Source of the DNA: Macrostomum lignano | Taxonomy: Eukaryota | Length of the DNA stretch: 64,000 bases | NCBI GenBank assembly: GCA_002269645.1 | Contig: NIVC01002935.1 | Location: forward strand, 65,467 to 129,466 | Reading direction: 5' to 3' | Shown here: in pieces, positions 51,827-62,976 of the stretch | Layout: every line of letters begins with the position of its first letter | Numbering within the stretch: position 1 is the stretch's first letter | Notes under the pieces: generated by a model | Told to the model about the DNA's origin: nothing | What the model saw: the letters and a program-made list of their open reading frames with translations, nothing else | The model's database searches: none | Translations under genes and position numbers: made by a program

Positions 51827-54800
51827 AATGTTGACTTAGCTTGACTTAGCTGCAACCGGGCTCCGTGCGTCCGGAAACAGCGAGGAGGCGTTGCCGCGCA
51901 TTTCGCTAACCCCTGGAGACCACGGGCAGCTATAGTGCTGCGGTGTCATGCAGGGAGTTCCGGTGGTGCCGGTGTCCACAGCTCGGTCCCCCTCCGGAGA
52001 GTCCAGGAGGTGGATTGTCGCTCGCCTGTAGCCCTTAGGTAGCGCAAGAGCTGGCAGAGATTCTCGGGCCTGAAAACGTCGGAGAGGTCCGGGTTTGGGC
52101 CGAGGTAGGTGAGCCTGTCCTGAGTAAAGGCGGGGCATTCACAGATAAAGTGCTCCGCATTCTCGACACTGGAGAGGGAGAATGGGCATTCCTCACTGCG
52201 ATTTTTTCCCTGGAGGTGACGATGCCTGGCAAAACAGCCATGACCCGAGAGGGCCATGGTCACCGTGAGGTCCCTGCGGTTGAGTCCAAGCAGGGCCCTG
52301 CGCAGGGCGGAGGAAGGACAGGGGACAGCCGCGCGGGATTGCCGGCAGTCGGGGGCGTTAGCCCACCTCTCCCTGTGCTTAGAAGCCAGGGAGTTGGCCA
52401 GGCAATCGGCCAAAACTCGTTGCCGGGGTGGCCCGAATGCCCAGGGATCCACCTTAGGGACACCTTGTTAGAGGCGCCTAAGCGGTTGAGCTGCCCGATG
52501 CAGTCGAGGACTGTACGCGAGCAGGTGGTGGTGCGCTCAAGGGCGTGAATCGCCGCTTGACTGTCCGAGTGGAGGGTAATCTCCTTCCCCCAGATGCGTT
52601 GATTGTACAGCTCCATGGTGCAGGAGCTAATGGCGAGAATTTCGTTCTGGAAGACGGTGAAGCAGGTGCCGGTGTGTTGGGAGAAGGTCGCCACAGTTCT
52701 CCCTCCAGACACGATGCCGTAGCCGTAGCCAGAGGCGGAGTTGATTTGGGACCCGTCAGTGAAGCAGTGGATTTCATGGGGTTTCCAGTTGTCTCTTTCT
52801 GGAATGGACGTGGTGGAATGCTGGTTTTGAATTTGAGCGGAGGGCATGCGCAGAGCGTGGACGGGATTCCGTCCGAGAGGGTCAGCAGGCCTCTCGCTGC
52901 TTCCAGGTCTCGCAGGCTGAGGTCGCCATGCGGCCGGAGGTTCCGCTTTCTGAAGGTGAACTGCTTCTGGATATCCGCGTCAAGCAGACGGCGGGTGGTT
53001 TTCATTGCCTCCCCTCTAACAAAGAGGTCGAGGGGGGGAATGTCCAAGAAGGAGTTCATGCCAGCGAAGGGCGTAGAGGGAGCCGCGCTCATGATAGCTC
53101 GACAAGTGCGGCCTTGCACCCTATTTAGAACCTCAAAAACCCCTTTCACCTCTAGGGCACTGTTCCAAATGAAGCCGGAGAAGGAGATGGCCGGTCTAAC
53201 AATGGCAGTGTAAATCCACCAGAGGCGGCGGGGGTGAGGCCCCAGGTAGCGCCGAAAGCTCTGCGGATCAGCGCGAGAGTCGCGAGAGCTTTGCGGGCTT
53301 TGGTTTGGACGTGCGGGGTTCAGCTCAACCTGACCTGTGGTCGAGGGTGACGCCCAGACATCTGGTTTGTTTCTCCATGGCAACGGGTTTGTCATTGAGG
53401 GAGAGCGGTTCAATCCTCCAGTTTCGGCGGCTGGTGAACATGATTGCCACGGTTTTAGACTCAGAGAACCTGAGACTGCAGCTATGTGCGCGGTGGATGA
53501 AGGCTTGAAGGAGGTCCCTGAGGACCGCGGGTGATGGTCCAGCCACAGTGGCAGTAACATCGTCCGCATAGCCGACCTTCATAACAGGGTCCGGATGCGG
53601 GCTGCAAAGCAGCTCGTCCATGACTAAATTCCAGAGAATCAGGCTGAGGACTCCACCTTGCGGTCCGCCTTTCTGGACTTCCACGGAGCGTGAGTCTCCC
53701 AAGGAGGTGCGAGGTGGCAGTACGATGGGAGACCATGTACATGATCCAGCGGGTAAGGTGCTCATGCGTGCCCTGGGATTCCAGGGCCCGCTTAAAGGCT
53801 TCAAAGAGCACATTATTGAACACACCATCAAAGTCGAGGAAAAGCGACAGCGCGTATCCACTGCCAAGCACGGCGCGCTCCAGCTTGTCGACAATGGCGT
53901 GAAGCGCACTTTCGATGGAACGTCCAGGACGAAAGGCGTGCTGATTAGGGGAGAGCGGGGAGTTCCTCAGCTCTACGAGGAGGCGCCAGAGCACCAGCTG
54001 TTTCATCAGTTTGAAAAAGAAAGACGTCTCAGACTGATAGGGCGGTAAGCTTTGGCGGAGTGATAGTCTCCCTTCCCTGGCTTGGGTATGAAGACTACCG
54101 TGGCCTCTTGCCAGGCTTTTGGCACGTACCCGAGGGTAATGCTGGCCTTGAAGAGGTTGCAGAGGAGGCCATTTTTAACTGCCTCATGAAGGAAGGCAGG
54201 ATAAATCTTGTCAGGTCCCGTTTACTTGAAAGGAGAGAATGATTTTGCGGAGCGAGCCGTCCTCTCTCTAGTAATGATGGTCGAAGCCAGGATCTGTCCG
54301 CCCGGAGAGTGGTCCAGTGGGCCTAGCTGCGGTGCGGCACGTGGGAAAGAGCTGGTGAGAGCATGATGTCCAGCCGAAGGCTTTCAGCAGCTCGAGGAGC
54401 TGTTGCCTAGACTGGCTGTCGGCGGGCTGGATATGAAGGGCTTGGTCCTCGAATTTCGTCTTTTGGACTTGAATAGCGGTACCGCTCAAGGCCATCTTGA
54501 CCAGGTGGGAGTCCAACCTGCGCCAGATAAGGTTGAGCTGTTCGGCCGTAAGAGGCGTCTCCCGGCCTTGGATGATCAGGGCCGGCTGCCTCTTGGCCAT
54601 AGCCGCATAAGTGCGCTTTGGTGGTTTGGCCAGCACTCCCCCCCCCTGCTTTGGATCCCTCCATGGCCGTGAGAGCTTCCACACGAGCAGAGGTCCGCAC
54701 CAGCAGCTTTGGCAGCACCAATTGTAGAAATGTTGCAAAGGGTGCATGTACGGACGTACTAGCTAGTACACGTACTGTAAGACAGCCCACTGGGCGCTTC

Positions 54801-54850
54801 TATAGTTCTGGCGCCTCTGATGCTTTGGTGCGTGTCAGTGAAATTGCGCC
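51827..54850 (-). mobile_element. Degenerate non-LTR retrotransposon with RT, RNase H and C-terminal Cys/His motif (probably LOA/R1 group); endonuclease missing
   Basis: YRPISL, HAFRPGRS, PQGGVLS, GYADDV, CLGVTLD; [28 protein letters not shown]; [18 protein letters not shown]; several frameshifts; (GCTAAGTCAA)2 at the 3' end. Confidence 0.88.
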
Positions 54851-57015
54851 TTAAAAGGCGTGGTCCTCCGACCCAATAAAAAGTATTTGGTTACAGCTAA
54901 TTTACAGCCAGCAACCAGGCGTTCAGTATACGCGGGCTACACGTACATGTATATATATATACATGTACTTAAATAAAAATGTTGAAACTATAAAAACAAA
55001 TTGCTTAAATGCGGGCCACCGAACCCAGGCATACAGCGTGTATACCGAAACAGCTTCGGAAGTTATGTTTTTTCTTCGAGTTATACAATTAAGTGTATGC
55101 ATGTAAATGTGTTGAGTCTCAATGAACTCAGATTTATTAGATTTATGTAGCGAGAATAGGCACGTGAAGAGCAGGTGAACTTATAAATTAGTGTACATAC
55201 ATGTACATGTAGCTCACAGTTTGAAAAGCCCGATATTACGTTATGAATCTGCGCGTCAGACAGCTCGAATGCTATATAGACAATCAAATACTTGGAGTCA
55301 ATGTACAACCGCGCATTGAAAAGCCATATTCACAATGTCTATATGTACATATTCTACATATTCATGTAAATGGGATTTTGTTTTTTGACTCATGTCTCAT
55401 CTATAAACGTTATAAAAATTATACCGATGTATACAGTATATTAATGAATGCAAATTTTAGAGGCAATATCATGTACATGGATGTAGACTGTCCAAAAAAG
55501 GTCATAAAAATTCAAGATATATAGTGTCACACCATAACCTGTAAAAGGTTCAGTGTTAAACTGCTTAACTATGTATACTACGCAAAACGAGGTGAGGTTA
55601 TTTGAAAAAAATTCAAGAGAAGACGATTAAATTTCTTGGGGTAGAAAACAATGATGACAGCTGCTAAGCCGCATGACTTGAGAAGAAAACGAGCTTTGTA
55701 GCTATGGCTTCCAAAATGTGTATTGAATTTTGGGGGTACCGGTAATTAGTTCAGTTGAATGCCACAATAAATAAATGAGCTGAGAGAATAAGTCCTAGAA
55801 TTCCAATGTGATAATGATTAGGGCTTATACTCGTACAATCGTATTTAGCGAATTTGAGCGAGCGCATTACTGATGCAGGCCTATAATGCTCGGCGTATTA
55901 ATCAGTTTAAGCAATTGCAAAATCAAATATAATGACGCTCTGAACATTCAAAGCTACGCGCATTTTAATTCTACATATAATACGCAGCATACTACTCGTA
56001 TTGATATTCAATTGTACGAGCGTATTTACCATGCGCATACCTTTTTAAAAACAGCTCATCCGGATATCGCGCAAGCAAATTAGGACTACTTCAAATTCAA
56101 CCAACCAAAAAATGAAGTACTAGAAGAATGAAATGTTCATCATCATTCACAAAACACTTGATAAGACAGCGTAAGAAACATTTTCACAGACAGGTAAAAA
56201 TTGAAATTACGCTTTAATGCGTAATCACAATAAAAAAAAACAAAAAAAATTGCATACACGAAATCAAACTTTATTGCAATAACAATAATTTTAGCGCATT
56301 CAATATTTGCATGGACAGTGGATGCACTACAAACGATAACGCATACGAGATTGCTGTATGTCTAAAAATCCATTCATAATCTATTTTCTTGTTCGCATAG
56401 ATATTATTTAGAGGTCTGAGGTTAACATTAAATTTAAGGGTGTTTCAAAAAATTAACAAACTGCATTTTGGAACAAAAGCACACGCGAACAATTACATTA
56501 ATTGACTGAAGTCTCTTGTTAGGAACAGAAAATTCGCTCTAACACACGTCGAACTCTGCACTTTAACTTATGCACTGTTTTAATTTTAAATTTTGTTCCT
56601 GTTGTGTAACCGTGCGTTTCATCCTCACGTGGTCACAAGTTTGGTGGTGTGGATACAAAATCTTATTAAATTAGAACGATTAAGTGTAAGTGTAATACGA
56701 ATTTAAGCGGTATATTAGGTAATTTTGAACAGAGGGCCGTAAGCATCTTAATGGCCGGTTTGACACACTTTTTACCATAGACAACTAGCAGTGAGGCTCA
56801 AAATACATGTGTTTTTGCTATCTTGCATTAAATTGCTTTCTCGTAGTCTTTACTAGCTTGCAAAATGCTATATTTGAAACAATTCGACTTCCTTAAAGGT
56901 AACGAGGGGCAAAAGCTTCATGTTTGATATGGTGGATTGATTTGAAAGCGAAAATATTTTACTACTCTTGAATGCAATAACCACTAAATTCACCAAATCC
57001 AATTATTAAATGAAT

Positions 57016-58400
57016 TCATTCGTGTTGTTCAGCTTGCAACTCAGAGCATCGCTTCTCAACCAGCTCTAACTTCGCTTTCTCCAGAGGGTGAATCGGCTTG
57101 CGAACGACTTGACACATCCTCCTGTGTGCTGCTCTCAGTGCCTTCGGATCCCGGCAGAACTCGCAAAAGGCGTACAGCTCCTCAAAGTCAGGATCAAGCT
57201 GAAGTTCAGAGAACCAGTCTGAAACTGAAAATAGGTTTGGCAGGGCAACAGCGCTCAGGCATTTCAGCAGAGCATTGAAGTTCATGTAGAAAAAAAGCTT
57301 GAAGTCGGGCATCTCGGCAGGAAAGAGTCGTCGCAGTCTGTCGGGCAGGAAGGTGAACACTGGGAGAGTCTTGGCTGCGAAAACAAAGCGCCACGCGGCA
57401 TCAGTCTCTTGCAAATGCTGCCAGATCAATAACTTGGCCTCTTGGGCATCTGAACAGACAGTGAATGGCACGAAGCGAGATGCTCGATGCTCCAGTGAAT
57501 CTTTTAGAACTTCCGTTACAGAGTCGTGTTTCCCAAACTTCCACAAAGCCAAAGCTGTCAGGCAAACCCTAGCACTGTATGCGTGATCCGGAATTCTAGC
57601 GATGTCTCTCAGATACTGCTCAAGCGGCAAGTCCTGTTCCACCAGCTCCATTAGCGTAACATAAATGTAGTCGTACAGCCTGTGGTACTTTGCAATGTCG
57701 TCCGGTTTGACTGTCTCTATACCAATCTCCGACAGCAAGAAAGGATGGAAGTAGAAATTATCGGAATCCAGTGGCTTTAGCACGGATCTTACATAACTTT
57801 GCAGATGCAGCTGTAAGTTCTGCCTCATCTCGATAGCTGCTCGCCGAATCTGCTGCTTACGGTGTCCCTCTGAGTCCGCACCTTTAATAAACAACGGCCC
57901 GTCCTTCAAAAAGAAGTGTGGCATCAGTACATCCGGGCGTTCAATGGAATCGAGAAGTTCCACCAGTAAATCCATGGATTTTTCTGTCAAGTGAAACAAG
58001 TTTTCGCTAGACCAGATGGACTCGTCCTCGCGACCAATCATAAAGAAGGTTAACGTCTTGGCGTGATAGGACTTTAGACCTGCAACTCCCAGCTTTTTTG
58101 CCATCACTTTCTTAATAAGGTACTTAAGCAGGACAAATAGCCGTCCCTGTGTGTCGTTAAACTGGCGAATAAATCGTTTCTCGAGAAAACTGTAACTAGC
58201 CCTGTACTCATTTTTGTGTCCTGGCCGGGTAGCGACAACCAGGTGAATTTCGGTTTCTTTGCTTAACTCGTCGCGAATATTTGGCGGCAGTCTGCCTAGG
58301 AAATCAGCTGGCTCGGGAAAGCAGCAACATGGAAATGCGGTGCAAAAGTCTGCCGCGGGTCGCGCACCGGTAGCTCGGTCCGAATGGGCTGGCTGATTGC
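57016..58400 (-). CDS. Terminal exon of the ANK-cGLR gene: Mab-21/cGAS-like NTase C-lobe plus C-terminal extension
   Basis: Acceptor tttatccag, phase 1; ADFCTAFPC..HLV..EYRASYSFLE..LLKYL..LKSYHAKT..W..MPHFF; frame open upstream of the ORF-track start at 58107. Confidence 0.87.
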
Positions 58401-58649
58401 CTGGATAAATTTTAAATGATAGTTATAAATATATCATTCTCTTTATGCTTTCCTAGACATGTAAGTGTTGCTGTCATAGATAGTGCCTGAACTAAAATCA
58501 CAATAAAGTGAAGGTATAGAGCTGTAAGAACAAGCGAAAACGAGAAATTGGCTTAAGGCGTAGACCAACTCTTGGCTGCCCAGGGCGCCAAGGCATTCAC
58601 TTATATATTATCATTGTACAGCGAGCAAATGTACATAAGAGCTAGTGAA

Positions 58650-61600
58650 CGTGCGCACACGCAATCAACTAAGCAAACCATCTTACAGAGCGATAGAGTC
58701 CTACAGTGACAAAGCGGTTTCTCGTCAGCCTAGCATGGACTCCAGAAAGCGTTGAGTATTGTGAGCGACAGTCACCAGAATGGCCCAGAAAGGCCAAGAC
58801 CAGCTCGAGCCATAGGCTGCTGAGGAAGATATCGAAAGCAAACTGAAAGCACTGTGCCTCAAGAAGCAACAGCTGCTGGCAGTGGAAGAAGAACTGTCCG
58901 TTGAGCTCGTCGAGAATGCACTCCAAGAGTAAGTGGAAAAGACGATGGAGTTCGAGTTGCTGGCTGGAGAGATGATTTCAAGTCTCGCCGAGCGACTACA
59001 GATTCTTCAGGTCGAGTGAGAAAGCCGCATGCTTTAGCGTGCTGCTTTAGCGACTCCGCTGGCCATCAGGCTGCCTATACTGCCGCCACCAGCATTCGGT
59101 GGAGATCGGACTCAATGGACTTCATTCTGGGACCGCTTCAGTTCCAGCAACCACGACAACTCGAGCCTCAGCGTTGTTGACAAGTTCAGCTACCTGCAAT
59201 CGTGCCTTTCAGGAGAAGTCAAGAATTTGATCGCTGGCCTTAACATCACGGCTGAGAACTACAAGATTGCGATAACCTGCAACGACGGTTTGGATCCTGG
59301 AGTGGAGCCGTGCGCGATCATCTGGCGAAGTTTTCCCCGATGATCTACTTAGGTGCTTCGGTCCACCACCTGAGAAACTTCTACGATCAAGCCAGTGGCA
59401 ATGTCTGCAGCCTGGAGAATCTCGGGGTGATGTTGCTTCATACGAGACCATCTTGCTGTTCAACTTGCTGACGAACTTGCCGGAAGTGAGATGCTTAGAA
59501 CTGCCAGGATAGTTTCCATACGCTCTTCCCATGGTAGCAGTCAATAACAGGTGACAAATTGAAGCGGCCTAGTGTTGATTAAAAAATTCCTCAATGCCTT
59601 GACCTTGACCTAGAAATCCTATTTGAGGAGGAAGCTGCTCTCGGAGCGAGAGTTCAACACAGGAAAACAAAGGAATCCGCGGTATCTGCTGTGCAGCCTA
59701 AGGCTACGAAGGTCGCCAAAGTCAGAAACATGTGTCCTTACTGTGATGCTGAACATACTCCAAAAAGTTGGGATCTACTGGTGGATGTGTTCACTAAGTT
59801 TCGATTCTTAAAAGAACAAAGACACTGCTTCAGTTGCCTCAAACCAAAAGCCATGCCCCCACGACTTGTTATCAAAAGAAGTAGTGTGGCTTCTACAAGT
59901 TGAAGCATCATCCCAGTCTGCTCTACCCGAGTGGAACAGCTACAGCAACGGCCGGCAGACAAGATTCCTTGATGCATCATCGATACGGTGGGTTCAGGAA
60001 AGAAGAACCCGAACAGTCGGCCGCGCAGGGTGTCAAAATTCACGAAGTGAAGACTATGGCGATGGTTACCAAGGCCAGACAGTGATTTGTCCTACTGCTG
60101 GAGCTATGCTGATTTCACAAGGTGGCAGCAGTGAAATAGGGGTTAGAAGTCTCTTCGACTCTGTGAGTAACCGTTCGTTTATTATGTCGGGCGTAGCTGA
60201 GCGGAATTTAGTGTGATCGGCTAAGACACAATGAAAGTAATGAAATTCGGAGGCACACAGCCTAAGGTCCTATAAACGGAGGTCGAGTTCCAACTTCATA
60301 AGCTAGTCAACCGTTTCACATTACGCATTACACAGTACCATACATCTGCTCTTTTTTTTATTAGAGGCAGGGGGTTGTGTGCACCCTGGCGCACTTTAAG
60401 CGACATTGTCACACAACCGGCGAGAGGCATTACTGCCCATTCCGCCGACTCCCCTGAGCAGGCATACAAGCGCGCGGATACGTACGCAGGCACACACTCA
60501 CACAGGAGTGTACAGCGGCCCTAACTTTATTTATCGTTAGGCATGCACACTTCACTGCGCCTTGGGGGGGGGGTGGCTCTCAAGGCCGTTAATTGCACGA
60601 GCAGAGCCAAGCCGAGATTCCAATTCAGCCCCAAATTAATGTGACTGCACTTGGAATCGAGCCTGGGTCGCTGGCACACCAGAGCAGCTGCGCTACCGCT
60701 GGGCTACGGCCCCCTCTACATCTGCTCTCATCAGCTCGTTGTCAACAGCTTGCGCAGCGATCACTGCCCACATCTGGATCTGACAGACTGGGACATCGGC
60801 AGCGAGCAGCATCCAGAGATCAACATCCTCATAGGAGCTGACCAGTTCGAGTGCGTTCGAGTGGAGCGGGCTTGACTTCTGTGATCCGGTCAAGCTGAGA
60901 GAAGATACTGCCGTCGAGAAGGGCTACATCTTGGTGTTCACCTGCGCAGCAACGCGAGCGCTTCATCTGGAACTGTTGAAGGATTTAACAACCGAGACCT
61001 GCCTGAGAGTCCTAAGGAGATTCGTGCGAGGAGAGGCATCTCTAGTCTTATCAGCGATAATTCTAAGACATTTGCCAAAGCCTCAAAAGAGTCAAAGAGT
61101 CAAAGAGTCAAAAAGTCCAGGAGTTCTGCTCGACATGAAAGATCACGTAGAAGTCCATCATCGAGTGCTCACCCTGGCAAGGAGGCTTCTGGAAGCAATT
61201 GATGAAGGAAATCAAGCTGCGCAAGACCCTTCTGAATGCAAGTCCTACATTGGACGAACAGTACAAATGGAGGTGGAGGCGGTGCTCAACAGCCGCCCTT
61301 TGCTCTACGTGGATGCTGATCACAAGGAAGAAATTCTGACACCAGCACCCTTTCTGTTGTTACAGCGGCTTACGGCGCAACCTTCTTCTGTCTGCCTCGG
61401 ATCTTCTGCTACCGTTGCCAAAACTGCTAATGCAAATGCGCGTCAGACTTCACTCCTTCCGGAACTGTTGGGAGCGGCAATATCTGACAAACTGTGCGAA
61501 AATCTGCTCGGCGTGATCCGAGAGGCGACGGTCAGCGACATCGTCCTGGCGAAAGGCGAAGCTGGCCATCGAGGCTCACCTGGTTTACTGGCATTTTGGA

Positions 61601-61700
61601 GGCGGTGTATCCGGGACGAGACTGAGCAGTGAGATCGTCAAGGTCTCGAGTCGTGCAAAGGCCAGGCCGCGGACCCAGGAGATGCTTGAATTCCATGCTA
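58650..61700 (+). mobile_element. Degenerate BEL/Pao LTR retrotransposon remnant (gag, protease, integrase; RT/RH not seen)
   Basis: LPILPPPAFGGDRTQWTSFWDRF..DKFSYLQSCL; CPYC/CFSCL; LFDSVSNRSFI; ILIGAD; VFTCAATRALHLELLKDLTT; EAVLNSRPL; many stops and frameshifts; no LTR pair found. Confidence 0.82.
60353..60716 (-). mobile_element. Full-length tRNA-derived SINE (364 bp)
   Basis: A box TAGCCCAGCGG (60706-60696), B box GGCTCGATTCC (60663-60653), A-rich tail, 12-bp TSD TACATCTGCTCT (60341-60352, 60717-60728); removing it restores BEL VPYICSHQL. Confidence 0.88.
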
Positions 61701-62129
61701 GCTGGCATGATTTATCAATCTTTGTTGCAGTTTAGCTGCGTTTCGTTGTTTGTGCGATTCGTTTCGTTTAACTATTGGGGGTCATAGTGAGTTTCTTTTC
61801 CGAACATCAATGTTTTTCAAGTGCTGCAATGATGAAGCATCATTGCATGTAGGGTGATTTTTATGATTAGTTGTGTTCCTACCTGCCTGCACCTTCTTTG
61901 TGGAGTGCCGTTAAGTGTACGCCTGGCGTCCCCCGCCCCTCATTGAACATGGTGGGGTTGTTGCGTCAGAGAGAGAGGTGTTCAGTTAAATATATGCATT
62001 ATAAGGTATGGCAAGCCTCTCAGTGAGTGCTCTAATTCTGATTTTCTTTACTAGCTGATTGACGGCCCTCAGCTTTATTCACTTTTTACAACAGATGAAA
62101 TCCAAATAAAAAACCACGAGACACGTACC

Positions 62130-62472
62130 AGCGTCTGGAACAACGACGTGACCCTCCTCCAGCCGACAGTAGCCTCCGGCAGGATCTGCACATTTGCACA
62201 TTCCTTCAAAGTGAAACTTTTGACCATCAGACGCCAGCAGAGTCCAATCGACGTCGGACCCCTTTCCAACAGTGCCATTTACTTGCCGGATGTTGTTGGC
62301 CCAGCCCTCTGCGTAACTTCCACACATGTGTCGTTGGTCCAGCCACATCTCTCGGGCCATTTCCTCCAGCACAAGGGCCAGCCCAATCTGTAATCTGGCT
62401 CTCTCTGAGGTGAACCCGGCCCGTTCCATAGCTTCGCTGAGCTGCTCACTGAGTTCTTTTGGTTCTAGAGGC
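62130..62472 (-). CDS. ANK-cGLR middle exon with the NTase catalytic motif (GSYAEG...SDVD)
   Basis: Acceptor ttttttgcctccgcag (phase 2), donor GCTG|GTACGT (phase 1); both match neighbouring exons. Confidence 0.87.
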
Positions 62473-62976
62473 CTGCGGAGGCAAAAAATTATGAAAACAG
62501 CACACCTTTTATTATTAATTTCTGTAAATGTTTTCTCATATCAGATAGCATCTTCCTTAAAGTACTTACATGTACTCGGTAGCAACGTCTTCATCACTAG
62601 ACAAGACACTCGGGTCTTTGGGCATTTCAGCCAGAGGCATCCCGAATCTGTAAGAGCAGTATTAAGCACGCTCTATCGTCTCTCTTTACTTATTTAGTTG
62701 TATAATTTCAGTGTACTCGACCAAAGTCTTGAAGTTTTTAACTATTGGATTGCATTGCTTAACTTTCATTGCACTCACCAAATAACTCAATAAAAAATAA
62801 TGTTATCACAAGCAGCAAGGGGTCGGAAAAAGCAAGCAGAGTATAAAGGGGAGGCAATGAGCAGTTGAAAGTTGCATGGACGGTTCCGCGTTTCATCGAA
62901 AGGCTATCAAAGCACCAACCGCGATCAAAGAAGAAACTAATCAAGAAGAGACTAGGGCTAAATCAGTACGACTTAC

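Noticed and set aside
54943-54968. Perfect 26-bp palindrome GTACATGTATATATATATACATGTAC
   Set aside because: TA microsatellite core flanked by the locally common TACATGTA motif; no evidence of function
60645-60716. tRNA gene
   Set aside because: No complete cloverleaf or acceptor stem; it is the head of a SINE with a TSD and tail
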